A stretch of DNA of 64,000 nucleotides from an uncultured Thermococci archaeon (GCA_964549615.1 CAZJVP010000076.1:1-64000); one strand, 5' to 3'; shown: positions 55,095 to 64,000, counted from the stretch's first letter. Notes: generated by a model not told the origin, from the sequence alone. Program-made: numbers and translations.

Positions 55095-55526
55095 CTAGAT
55101 CGCCGGGTCTTTGCGGGAGGCGGGGGGCTTGCCGGTCATCCTTGCCTCGAGGTTGCAAAAATAGGTATAGAGGCCTTCGATGTGGGAGATCTCGCCCATG
55201 GTGGCTTTCTGTATCCTCCTCCTGTATTCCAGGTCGGGCGCGATGCCCAGCGACCTAGCAGCCGCCTCGGCCGCGCGGGCGATCTCTCTGCCCTCGCGGT
55301 CGTAGTCCGTGAGGATGACCACCTTGCTGCAGATAGGCAGGAGTCCGAAGAGCGGCTTCGTGCTCGCCTGAATGATGGGGGCTCTGATGCCGAGCCTCCT
55401 AAGTGCGCTGGTATCCCTGGGCCCTTCGACCAGTATCGACGTATCCAGCGGCAGCGATCTTAGATCCTCAAGTATCTCGCAGAGGTCTTGGTAGATAGCT
55501 TCCTTGGGTTGCAACGGAAGGCTCAT
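55095..55526 (-). CDS. Small TOPRIM-domain protein
   Basis: LVEGPRD..AL..LG, ILTDYDREG, IEGL; start trimmed to ATG 55526. Confidence 0.85.
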   Translation of the reverse strand: MSLPLQPKEAIYQDLCEILEDLRSLPLDTSILVEGPRDTSALRRLGIRAPIIQASTKPLFGLLPICSKVVILTDYDREGREIARAAEAAARSLGIAPDLEYRRRIQKATMGEISHIEGLYTYFCNLEARMTGKPPASRKDPAI

Positions 55527-55578
55527 TGGGGGCCTAGGCATAAATTTGGTTTTCCCGGACTTTCGGAACGACCTTGCT

Positions 55579-56031
55579 TTACATGGCGGAATCCCGGCGT
55601 TCCGATCCAAGCTGGATCCTCCGGGTGGTTCCCGTCCTCGTCTCAGTCACCACTCCGCTTTCCATGAGCTGCTTCACCCGGCTGGCAACGATCCTCCTGG
55701 ATGCCTTGCCCCTTTCTTGTCTGATGTCCCGGGTGAGCTCGGAGATATTCCTCGGCCCTTTCCTCGCGAGAGATAGTATGATGTCCTTTGCGAGCTGGTC
55801 TTTGGAGATCCACGCGTCCTGGGTGGCCCTCCTGAAGCTTGAGATGTAGGAAAGGAGATGCGAGACCTCGTCGTAGAAGCGGATGCTTCCTCTGAAGAAG
55901 GCGAAGAGACCCCGCACCTCGTCCATCTGGGATTCTTGGGATGCAAGAAGGCTCTCGATCTTTTCGAGCCTGTCCTCTAGCCTGCCTAGCTGCTCTTCGA
56001 GCCTTCTGAGTCGCTGGTCACCTGAGGCCAC
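55579..56031 (-). CDS. Coiled-coil + winged-HTH transcriptional regulator
   Basis: N-terminal heptads LRRLEEQLGRLEDRLEKIE; GPRNISELTR...GKASRRIVASRVKQL..GVV. Confidence 0.7.
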   Translation of the reverse strand: MASGDQRLRRLEEQLGRLEDRLEKIESLLASQESQMDEVRGLFAFFRGSIRFYDEVSHLLSYISSFRRATQDAWISKDQLAKDIILSLARKGPRNISELTRDIRQERGKASRRIVASRVKQLMESGVVTETRTGTTRRIQLGSERRDSAM

Positions 56032-56275
56032 GGCCCCTCACGATCTCCCTCAGGTGAATCTGGCCGGATCTATAGGCTTTGGAAAGCTCCCTTACGGCCT
56101 GGGCCGGGAGATTCTCTTCGACGAGCGCGCGTCTGAAGGCCTTGGCGGAGGCCTCTCGCTGAGTGAGGTACAGCGCGCCCACCTTGCCTGCTTCAAGCGC
56201 CAGGCCCAGCGCAGCTCCTGCCAGGGAGGCTCCTCGGCGCAAGCGAGAAACGCTCGACATGCTGAAGCTCTTCAT
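56018..56275 (-). CDS. Small hypothetical protein
   Basis: ATGA-coupled to the upstream gene; AFRRAL.E..LP..AV.EL...Y helical motif. Confidence 0.6.
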   Translation of the reverse strand: MKSFSMSSVSRLRRGASLAGAALGLALEAGKVGALYLTQREASAKAFRRALVEENLPAQAVRELSKAYRSGQIHLREIVRGRGLR

Positions 56276-56529
56276 TCGTTCTTTCGTCCCAGTCCTTGGA
56301 AGATCTTCCTGAAGTCGATCACCAGCCCCTTGGACATCTCGAGGGCTTCCTTCTGCTCTATTCCGTTCTCGACCAACGTCTTGTAGAAGGTCGCAATCGA
56401 CTTGGCCATCGTCGCGGCGGTCTCCGGCGAGTAGACGGCGTCAATCAGGTCCTTAATCAGCCCTGGAACCTCGCTTCGCAGCGCCGAGAAGATCTCGGCG
56501 ATCTCCTGTGCGTCCTTCCTTTCGGTCAA
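56272..56529 (-). CDS. Small conserved-type hypothetical helical protein
   Basis: GAGGAG RBS; VPGLIK.L..AVYSPE....MAKS.A.FYK.LVE.G. Confidence 0.7.
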   Translation of the reverse strand: MTERKDAQEIAEIFSALRSEVPGLIKDLIDAVYSPETAATMAKSIATFYKTLVENGIEQKEALEMSKGLVIDFRKIFQGLGRKNE

Positions 56530-56655
56530 CTCTCTCTCCTCAATTCGTCGCTGGATCCGTTACAGCTGTGCACTTGATAAAACGTTGTTGGCCAGAAGTG
56601 GTCAGGCCGACCGCATTTGATGGCGCCGGGCTTCGAGGCGGGCCAAGGGCTCTCC

Positions 56656-57000
56656 CTAGCCGTAAGCGGCACTCTCGGTTTGATCCTTTGGCCCTGCCTG
56701 GACCATCCTGGGACTGGGCATCGTTATCTCGCCGAACCGCGACTCGTACCTCTTCAGGTTCTCTGACATCGCATTGCAGAGCGCCTTGAAGTGTGCCGGC
56801 GTAAGCACTACCTCCGCGACAACGTCCTTGCTCTGGCTGATCCCTCCGCCCGGAGCCGGCTGGGTCATCCATGTATCGAAGAACGTTACCCTGAACTCCG
56901 TCGCCGAATGGTTGACCATGGCGTCGGTGGAAAACACGGCGTTCTTGTCCCTCTTGATGTTTGCTTGGAGCTTCTTTTCCTTGTCCACGTCGTGGCTCAA
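56656..57000 (-). CDS. DUF3467-family protein
   Basis: FS..A.V.HS..EF...F, V.LTP.H.K.L..A...NL..YE..FGEI; start estimated at TTG 57000. Confidence 0.75.
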   Translation of the reverse strand: MSHDVDKEKKLQANIKRDKNAVFSTDAMVNHSATEFRVTFFDTWMTQPAPGGGISQSKDVVAEVVLTPAHFKALCNAMSENLKRYESRFGEITMPSPRMVQAGPKDQTESAAYG

Positions 57001-57088
57001 ACCAACATCGCCCCAGACGGCGGTGGCCTTCTTGCTTATTAGTCTTTGGAGAGTCCCGTCCCGTCCCGAGCCGTCGGCCCGGGCGAGC

Positions 57089-57658
57089 CTAGATGACCGT
57101 GGTCTCTCCGCATTTCTGACAGACGACCTTGGATCCGCGGCTGACCTTTTTTGCCTGTTGCACATCGAGAATCCGATTGCCGCATCTGCAGACGTAGCCG
57201 GCTAGCCGCGCGGGGTTCCCGACGACTAGGGCATGCGGCGGAACGTCGCGGGTGATCACGGATCCAGCCCCAGCCATGGAGTATTCCCCAACGGTCACGC
57301 CGCAGATCACCGTGCAGTTGGCACCGATGGATGCGCCCCGCTTCACCAACGTCGGCACTATCACCCATTGCCGCGAAAAGGCCCTTGGGTACTTGTCGTT
57401 AGTGAAGACGACATGGGGCCCGATGAACACGTCGTCCTCAACGGTGACGCCCCTGAAGATCGATGCCCTGTTTTCGATCTTAACCCCGCTGCCGATGCGC
57501 ACATCGGCGTCCACGTAGGCGCACTTGCCCAGTATGCAGTTCCGCCCGATGACGGCACCCTCGCGCACCTGCGCGTGGTGCCAGATCTTGGTCCCCTCCC
57601 CGATCTTTGCCTTCTCGGATACGACGGCAGTCGGGTGGGCAAAATAGGGTTCACTCAA
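57089..57658 (-). CDS. Hexapeptide-repeat N-acetyltransferase (WbpD/WlbB-like)
   Basis: AHPTA.V, IG.GTKIWH, VFIGP..VFTND, GASIGAN, VVGNPAR..G.VC.CG, C-terminal CQKC. Confidence 0.85.
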   Translation of the reverse strand: MSEPYFAHPTAVVSEKAKIGEGTKIWHHAQVREGAVIGRNCILGKCAYVDADVRIGSGVKIENRASIFRGVTVEDDVFIGPHVVFTNDKYPRAFSRQWVIVPTLVKRGASIGANCTVICGVTVGEYSMAGAGSVITRDVPPHALVVGNPARLAGYVCRCGNRILDVQQAKKVSRGSKVVCQKCGETTVI

Positions 57659-58494
57659 GCCAAAGCCTCCCGAGAAGCGGCCTTGAAAGCTGCCTCAGCA
57701 TCCTCGCCCTGATGCACGATCCGTCTCAGCGCGCGAGCCAGCAAGGCCGGATACCTGTCCAAGAGGAGATTGCGACCGATGACAAGGCCGGAGCCCCCGT
57801 CGCAGATGGCATCGTGGCTGCGCTCCAGGAAGTCCTTGACGGACACCTTCTTTCCACCAAGCACGAGCACCCGGGCATTGACCGACCGTACGATATCCCG
57901 GAAGCTCCTCCGGCGCGATGACCTTGACCGCCCGTCCGGATACGGGATCTTCAAGGCCGGCACGGAGAAGTCGGCCGCCACTATTGCAGCATAGCGTATC
58001 CTATCCGGGCGGGAGTCGACCTTCAGCTTTCCGCCGACCCGGACGCAGTAAAGCGGCTCCAGGACGAGGGGTAGGTCCCATTTCTCACAGACCTCGCAGA
58101 TCTCGCCGCACATCTCAAGTTGGCGAGAGGTTTCCGGGCTCGTCGGATCGATCCTGAGCAAGAGCTTTGCCCCGTCCAGACCCCAGCGGACGGCCGTCTG
58201 AGGTCGTGCGACAAGCCTGTCGTCCCATTCGAATGCAGACTGGGAAAGCCCGGTGCGGTTGAGGGAAAGCAGTAGCGCCTTCCGAGGTAGTTCCTTGGGC
58301 CATGAGGTTATCAGGTGGCGCATCGGCTCCTTGGTGGCGATCAGCCCATCTGCGAAGGGCAGGACGGAGAAGAGCGTCGAGGCTAAGCGCGAGAAGTCGG
58401 TCAGGCCTTCTTGGACGCCCCGCTGGCGATGGTCCGCGGCAACTATCAGCGTCCTGCCGTCGGTCCCGAAGATCCTAGACATGCGGTTGACCAT
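57655..58494 (-). CDS. Class I aldolase (LacD/YihT/IolJ-like)
   Basis: IVAADHR, G.DGAKLLL, LPLVLEPL, LKIPY, VLGG, IGRN. Confidence 0.75.
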   Translation of the reverse strand: MVNRMSRIFGTDGRTLIVAADHRQRGVQEGLTDFSRLASTLFSVLPFADGLIATKEPMRHLITSWPKELPRKALLLSLNRTGLSQSAFEWDDRLVARPQTAVRWGLDGAKLLLRIDPTSPETSRQLEMCGEICEVCEKWDLPLVLEPLYCVRVGGKLKVDSRPDRIRYAAIVAADFSVPALKIPYPDGRSRSSRRRSFRDIVRSVNARVLVLGGKKVSVKDFLERSHDAICDGGSGLVIGRNLLLDRYPALLARALRRIVHQGEDAEAAFKAASREALA

Positions 58495-58539
58495 GCCCGC
58501 GCGATGGTCCCAGGGGTCCTCTGGCTCCTTCAGAATGGA

Positions 58540-60132
58540 TCACGTCTCAAGGTTTCTGGATTCTCCGTAGAGCTCGTAGAAGTCCGGATAGATCGTCGCC
58601 ATCTTCTCGTAGACGGCTTTGAAGAGCGCGTATCCCTTCCTGTAGACGGCTGCATTCCTTGGGTCCGGATTCACCGTTTGCTTCTTCGGCAGCCACGAGT
58701 GGATGGCTTCTGGCCTGACCTCCTTCACGCCCACGGCACCGATCAGCGCGTCCCCGTACGGCGTGCCTGGGAACTCGGCCATGAAATCAATGCTCGTCTC
58801 CAGCACGTCCGCTAGGATGGATCTCCAGACCGGGGACTTGCTCCCACCGTCCACGAGGAGGGTGGGTTTGTCGAGGGTAACGCCCGACTGGACGGCCTGC
58901 TCCACGTTCCACTTGTGAAGGTAAGCCGCCCCCTCCAGCACGGACCTGTAGATGGCTCCCGTGTCGTGAAGGTGTCTGAGGCCGAAGAAACCTCCGGTCG
59001 CAGCCGTGTTCCAGATCGGCGTTCTCTCGCCCATGAGGAAGGGATGGAAGATGATCCCAAGGCTGCCCGGTGGGACCTTTGCAGCCAACTCGTCGAGCTC
59101 CTTGGGCTTCAGGCGTCCGCCGAGGTTCGTCCGGAACCACGGATCGACCGCGCCGCCGGGGTAGGCACCGCCGCCAAAGGAGTAGATGAGGTCCCTTGAT
59201 CTCACGGCGTGCGGGTAGTTGATCAGCCTCTTGGCGAAGGATGCCTTTGCAGGGTCCTGAAGGATGCCCCAGCACCAGCTGGTTCCAGTCATCAGGCCGT
59301 TGAACCCGGACTCCACGCCACCAGTGGCCACGAGCGAGACTGGCGCATCTATCCCGCTCGCCACAACCGGGGTCCCTGGACGGACGCCGATGGCCTTGGC
59401 AGCCTCCGGCAAGACCTCGCCGACGACCTCGTCCGAGGAAACCAGCTCGCCGAAGATCTCGGGGTGAAGGTCGATGTCCTTGAACTCGGCTGACACCCTC
59501 TTGCGAGCCGATCTCGTGAGCATGGATAGGACCTCCTCGGATATCTTGTACTTCCGTATGTCGAAGACCCCTGCGAAGTTGCCCATCGAGCAGTAGTCGG
59601 TGACGACCCTCCCGGTGAGCTTCTCGATGACGTAGCCATTCGGGGTGACGAGGTGCTTGGTCTTCTTGAAGAGACGCGGCTCGTTGACCATGAACCAGAA
59701 CATCTTAGTGTAACCGTAGTAGGAGTGGATGGTGTAGTTCCCGGAGACCCCGCCGAACACCTCCTCGCCTATCTCCTCCCTGAGGATGTCGCACTCCCGG
59801 AAGGCCCTTTGGTCCAACCATATCATGCACGGCCTTATGGGCCTCATCTCCGCGTCGACCGGGATGCCCGATCCGCCGTAGAGCCCGGAGAAGCATACGG
59901 CGCCGATGTCCTTGGGGTCGAGGCGGGACTTCTTGATCGCTTGTGTGGATGTGGACTTGACGGCCTCCCACCATGGGTCTGGCCATTGCTCGGCCCCGTT
60001 TGGGTGCTCCTTTGGAACCGTGAATCCCGGCTTGTAGTCCACGGAGCTTTCAGCCACTATTCTGCCCGATCCAACATCGACGATGATGGTCTTTGTGCTC
60101 CCGGTGCCGATGTCACCCGCAAGGACGAACAT
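58540..60132 (-). CDS. FGGY-family carbohydrate kinase (xylulokinase-like)
   Basis: GDIGTGSTK, AEQ.P..WW, IWLDQRA, SGID, GTS, GERTP.W, LEG, DGG.KS; start trimmed to ATG 60132. Confidence 0.9.
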   Translation of the reverse strand: MFVLAGDIGTGSTKTIIVDVGSGRIVAESSVDYKPGFTVPKEHPNGAEQWPDPWWEAVKSTSTQAIKKSRLDPKDIGAVCFSGLYGGSGIPVDAEMRPIRPCMIWLDQRAFRECDILREEIGEEVFGGVSGNYTIHSYYGYTKMFWFMVNEPRLFKKTKHLVTPNGYVIEKLTGRVVTDYCSMGNFAGVFDIRKYKISEEVLSMLTRSARKRVSAEFKDIDLHPEIFGELVSSDEVVGEVLPEAAKAIGVRPGTPVVASGIDAPVSLVATGGVESGFNGLMTGTSWCWGILQDPAKASFAKRLINYPHAVRSRDLIYSFGGGAYPGGAVDPWFRTNLGGRLKPKELDELAAKVPPGSLGIIFHPFLMGERTPIWNTAATGGFFGLRHLHDTGAIYRSVLEGAAYLHKWNVEQAVQSGVTLDKPTLLVDGGSKSPVWRSILADVLETSIDFMAEFPGTPYGDALIGAVGVKEVRPEAIHSWLPKKQTVNPDPRNAAVYRKGYALFKAVYEKMATIYPDFYELYGESRNLET

Positions 60133-60471
60133 TTCGCACCCACCCGGCGGTAAGGACGTTTTGAACTCCAAAGACGGGATAAAAGTCTTTCTCGGTGCGT
60201 CTGGCAGCGTGGAAACTCCCTTCCGCGTGCACCGAGGTCCATCCGCCACCGTGCGGGCGATTATGTTTCGCTGGAGCTCCTTGCCCTCTGGCCGTTGCAG
60301 GCGGACCTTGGAGTTCAGCGCGGAGCCTTCGACGGCTGGCTGCGAGTCTCCCGGCGTTCAGGGGGACCTGCGTCCGGAGTCCCTCACGGCACGTGCAGCG
60401 CCCCATTCGCCCATCACGGACCAGGACAAGCTAAGAGTTAAGAGAAACTCCTGCAGGAGGCGGGGCGGTCG

Positions 60472-61269
60472 ATGGATTTGTCCTCCCAGATGGGAAAGGA
60501 GATTCGCCTGTCCAAGTTCCTGGACCCGTCGGGCCGTGCGGCGATCGTTGTGAAGGCCGATCAGGGTCTTGCGCTGGGGCCAGTGCCCGGGTTGGAGGAA
60601 ATGGCGTCTGGCCTCGGGGCAATCGTCTCGGCCGGGGTCGACGCCGTCATCCTCAGCCCGGGCCAGGCTGCGAAGCAGGCCCATCTCTTCAAGGGAAGGC
60701 GGGCGCCCGCGCTCCTTGTTAGGTCAGACTGGTCAAACGTCGCAAGAACCCAGTCCTTCCCTCTGCCCTGGAAAAGGATGACCCACGTGGCGGTCGCTGG
60801 GGCAAAGCATGCCGCGTTCCTCGGAGCGCATGGGTTAGTTGCCAGCTTCTACGTCGGATACAAGGATGACGAGGATGAGGCGGACAACCTTCAGTCCGTC
60901 TCACAGCTGGCTGCCGAGTGCTTACAGTACGGCCTCCCGCTTCTGGTGGAGGCGCTGCCTCTTGGCGAGCGCATCACGGAGCAGAACTACCTTGACTCGC
61001 TCAAGATGGCCGGAAGGATGTCGCTCGAGGTCGGGGCGGACGGGATCATCGTGCCGTATGCAGGATCGGAGCGCTCGATGCGCGATGTTGTGGAAGCTGC
61101 CGGAGCCGCGCCGGTGCTTCTTTTGCTTTCTGGCGTGAAGGATGGAGAGGGGATCTCGGAGTCGGTGAGGGCCGGGGTCAAGGGGGTCGTGATCGAGGCC
61201 ACGGGGCTAGGGGAAGACGTAGGACCCTCGATCGCGGGCCTCTCGCGGCTTCTCGGCCGGGGTGGGTAG
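60472..61269 (+). CDS. DhnA-type class I aldolase paralog lacking the Schiff-base lysine
   Basis: GKEIRLS, ADQG, LSPG, RSDW, GADGIIVPY (no Lys), no GRN motif. Confidence 0.75.
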   Translation: MDLSSQMGKEIRLSKFLDPSGRAAIVVKADQGLALGPVPGLEEMASGLGAIVSAGVDAVILSPGQAAKQAHLFKGRRAPALLVRSDWSNVARTQSFPLPWKRMTHVAVAGAKHAAFLGAHGLVASFYVGYKDDEDEADNLQSVSQLAAECLQYGLPLLVEALPLGERITEQNYLDSLKMAGRMSLEVGADGIIVPYAGSERSMRDVVEAAGAAPVLLLLSGVKDGEGISESVRAGVKGVVIEATGLGEDVGPSIAGLSRLLGRGG

Positions 61270-61271
61270 AC

Positions 61272-62504
61272 TTGATGACCGGTCCGGGGAAGGAGATACG
61301 GCTCAGCAGGATCATCGATCCCGGCGACGGCCGCGCGGTCGTGATCGCGGCTGACCATGGCTACATGCTGGGTCCCATAAGCGGGGTGGTGGATCTTGCG
61401 AAGACCATCGAGTCCGTTGCGGGAGGCGGCGCGGACGGCATACTGGTGAGCCCCGGCCAGGCGGCCCGGATAGGGTACCTGTTCAAAGGCAGGGATCGGC
61501 CAGCGATGCTTGTGAGAGCGGATTGGACTAACGCCTTCAGGACGAAGACCTACACCCTTCCGTCAAGGCACGTGCAGCACAGGTACATGACCTCGCCCAG
61601 CGAGGCACTTGCGTTGGGGGCAGACGCCATCGTGATATACTTCTTCGTCGGCTATGCGGATGACAGGGAGGAAGCCGAGCATGTGTCAAGGGTCGCCAGA
61701 TATGCGAGGGAGTGCGAGGAGATCGGGCTCCCCCTGATAGTTGAGCCGATCCCGCTGGGCGAAAGGATAACCGGCGCCAACTACAATGAACTGGTTGGGA
61801 TATCTATCAGGATGTCTGCTGAGATAGGGGCAGATGCCATAAAGGCACCCTACACGAACGATGTGGAGATGTACAGGGAGATCGTAAGATCGGCTGGGAT
61901 TCCGATCCTTATCCTCGGAGGGGCCAAGTCCAAGACCCTGAGGGATGCCCTCGAGGTGGTGGAGGAGGCGCTGGAGTCGGGCGCCTGCGGTACAGTTTTC
62001 GGCCGGAACGTCGTGCAGGCCCCGGACCCTGGGGACATGGTGAGGAGGATATGCCAGGTCGTTCACGGTGGCAAGTCTGCGAGGGAGGTTACACGGCCGG
62101 TGGCCGTCGGGCCGATGAGGTTGAAGGTCTCTCGCCCGCAAGATTGCACGGGCTGTCGGATGTGCGAGATTGCGTGCAGCGCAGCGCATGGACCAGGGTA
62201 CGACCTGGAGTCGGCGAGGCTGATCGTGCGCGCAACCAGCGATGGCTTTAGGCCAACGGTGTGCACCCAGTGTCTGAAGTGCCTGGAGGCCTGTCCGAGC
62301 AAAGCTCTTTCCGTCGACGAGAGGCTGGGCTTCGTGGCTTTGGACGCCTCCAGATGCGACGGCTGCGGGCTGTGCGCCCAGGCCTGTCCGGTGGGAGTGA
62401 TCAGGATGCGGGAGGGCAGGCCGCTATTGTGCGACCTCTGCGGGGGCATTCCCGAGTGCGAAGAGTGGTGCCCGAGGCAGGTCCTCAGCTCGGCGGGTGG
62501 GTGA
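61272..62504 (+). CDS. DhnA-type class I aldolase fused to 4x[4Fe-4S] ferredoxin domain
   Basis: ADHG, GADAIKAPY, LGG.K, FGRN; C-terminal CTGCRMCEIAC, CTQCLKCLEACP, CDGCGLCAQACP, CDLCGGIPECEEWCP. Confidence 0.88.
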   Translation: MMTGPGKEIRLSRIIDPGDGRAVVIAADHGYMLGPISGVVDLAKTIESVAGGGADGILVSPGQAARIGYLFKGRDRPAMLVRADWTNAFRTKTYTLPSRHVQHRYMTSPSEALALGADAIVIYFFVGYADDREEAEHVSRVARYARECEEIGLPLIVEPIPLGERITGANYNELVGISIRMSAEIGADAIKAPYTNDVEMYREIVRSAGIPILILGGAKSKTLRDALEVVEEALESGACGTVFGRNVVQAPDPGDMVRRICQVVHGGKSAREVTRPVAVGPMRLKVSRPQDCTGCRMCEIACSAAHGPGYDLESARLIVRATSDGFRPTVCTQCLKCLEACPSKALSVDERLGFVALDASRCDGCGLCAQACPVGVIRMREGRPLLCDLCGGIPECEEWCPRQVLSSAGG

Positions 62505-64000
62505 TGGTTATGCCGAACGACTGGTATGGCTTCATGGGCCGGTTGCTTGAGGCCGACCTTTCGAAGGGATCGTTTTCCCAACGCGAACTGGATCCCAGGG
62601 TGACGCGGTTGCTGCTTGGAGGAAAAGGCCTGGGGGCCTACCTGCTGTACAATGGCCTGAAGCCCAAGACCGACCCGCTTTCGCCCGACAACATGATCCT
62701 CTTTCTGACCGGCCCGCTCACCGGGACGATCGCGCCCGGAAGCAATCGGTTCTGCGTCGTCACCAAGAGCCCCCACACGGGAACATTCCTGGACTCCCAC
62801 TGTGGAGGTTCATTCGGACCGGCCTTGAAGTACGCTGGCTACGATGGCTTGATCGTCACCGGGAGGGCCGAGCAGCCATCCGTGTTGGTCGTTGACGGTG
62901 GCGGGCCGAGATTGATGCCCGCCGGCGAGCTTTGGGGGACGACCACAGCGGCGTGCCAAGACAAGCTTGACCGCCTGCTTGGGGAAGGATACGGAAAGGT
63001 CGTCATAGGTCCTGCGGGTGAGCGGCTCTCGACCATAGCCGGGGTCTACAGCGGGACGCGCGCGGCCGGGAGGGGCGGAGCGGGAGCCGTGATGGGATCC
63101 AAGAACCTCAAGGCCATCTGCGTGAGGGCTGGCTCTTACACCATACGTGTGGCCGATCCGGCCGAGATGAGGAGGGCGTGCTGGACGGCCCACCGCATGG
63201 TTCGAATGAGCGAGATCACGGTTCGTAGCCTGCCGATGGAGGGGACCTGCAACATACTGGAAACGGTGAACCAGGCGGGTGCCTTGCCAACTCGCAACTT
63301 TCAGACGGGCAGGTTTGAGTCGTCCGAGGCCTTGTCGGGCGCTAGATGGAGGGAGGAGGTGTGGATCCGCGACTCGGCCTGCTTCGGGTGCTCGATCGCG
63401 TGCAGCAAGATCTCCCGGATTCGGGAAGGGAGGTTCAGCGGCGATTCCACGGAGGGTCCTGACTACGAGACCGTCTGGGCCTTCGGGCCGCAGTGCGGAA
63501 ACTCCGACAAATCCTTGATAGTCCATTTGGAGAAGCTTTGCGACGACTACGGCATCGACACGATAAGCGCCGGGAACATCATCGGCTTCGTCATGGAGAT
63601 GTACGAGCGGGGGATGATTCGGCCCGAGGAGATCGGCGGGATGAGGCCGTCCTGGGGCGATGCGGAGGCGATGGTGGGGATGGTCGAAGCCATGGGGAGG
63701 ATGGACGAGCTGGGCTCGATGCTTTCGAGGGGGGTAAAGAGGCTCAGCGAGGAACACCCGGGTTCGGGCGCCTTTGCGATGCACGTCAAGGGCCTCGAGT
63801 TGCCCGCCTATGCTCCGAGGGCATCCAAGGGCATGGCGCTTGCCTACGCCACGTCGGATCGGGGCGGATGCCACCTGAGGGGATACCCGGCAATGCAGGA
63901 GCTCTTGGGCATGCGGGGCGGGGCCGATCCCTTGGAGACCAAAGGCAAGGCACAGCTGGTCATCGACAGCCAGGACGAGATCGCGGTCGTCGATTCCTGC
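62504..64000 (+). CDS. aor: Aldehyde:ferredoxin oxidoreductase family protein (3' end outside window)
   Basis: Hand translation: GFMGRLL..DLS, LGGKGLG, DPLSPDN, GPLTGT, KSP.TG, LK.AGYD, GRGG.GAVMGSKNLKA, C..C.I.C, GPDYET, DDYGID.IS, DRGGCH; ATG overlaps the upstream stop (TGATG). Confidence 0.92.
   Translation, partial: MVMPNDWYGFMGRLLEADLSKGSFSQRELDPRVTRLLLGGKGLGAYLLYNGLKPKTDPLSPDNMILFLTGPLTGTIAPGSNRFCVVTKSPHTGTFLDSHCGGSFGPALKYAGYDGLIVTGRAEQPSVLVVDGGGPRLMPAGELWGTTTAACQDKLDRLLGEGYGKVVIGPAGERLSTIAGVYSGTRAAGRGGAGAVMGSKNLKAICVRAGSYTIRVADPAEMRRACWTAHRMVRMSEITVRSLPMEGTCNILETVNQAGALPTRNFQTGRFESSEALSGARWREEVWIRDSACFGCSIACSKISRIREGRFSGDSTEGPDYETVWAFGPQCGNSDKSLIVHLEKLCDDYGIDTISAGNIIGFVMEMYERGMIRPEEIGGMRPSWGDAEAMVGMVEAMGRMDELGSMLSRGVKRLSEEHPGSGAFAMHVKGLELPAYAPRASKGMALAYATSDRGGCHLRGYPAMQELLGMRGGADPLETKGKAQLVIDSQDEIAVVDSC

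Noticed and set aside
62063-63874. Minus-strand ORFs of 245 and 354 aa
   Set aside because: Antisense to the aldolase-ferredoxin and AOR genes.
1-64000. CRISPR array, rRNA, provirus or integrase, selenocysteine/pyrrolysine recoding
   Set aside because: No regularly spaced repeats, rRNA-like tracts, viral hallmark genes or in-frame stops within otherwise intact genes were seen by eye.

Overview
High-GC archaeal chromosomal segment; the lineage cannot be fixed from this window. It has eS26 and a double-intron tRNA (TACK-like traits) alongside Thermococcales-like eL41 and RPA14 genes. The left 11.4 kb is a cell-surface locus: a giant (>1836 aa, runs off the window) cadherin/Ig-repeat membrane protein with a Pro-rich tail, an FG-GAP propeller plus Ig-domain protein, and a divergent Ig/coiled-coil/TM stalk-type protein. 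The middle is mostly housekeeping: pheST, NAC, tRNA-Gly with two BHB introns, nep1, rpp21, eL41, thi4, coaD, dapB, eS26, pyrG, rpiA, GGR and the Nop10-aIF2a-S27e-L44e-GINS-PCNA-RPA cluster, with glycan-related genes and one intact IS481 (15-bp target duplication). Three candidates stand out. (1) A MacB/LolCDE-type ABC operon in which the ATPase and a co-encoded 2-TM multi-zinc-finger protein share a Cdc48/VAT N-domain-like module. (2) A divergent sugar-catabolic cluster in which a class I aldolase is fused to a 4x[4Fe-4S] ferredoxin, preceded by a catalytically dead paralog and coupled to an aldehyde:ferredoxin oxidoreductase. (3) An endonuclease V homolog lacking its catalytic aspartates. All family assignments are from motif recognition by eye; no database searches were run.
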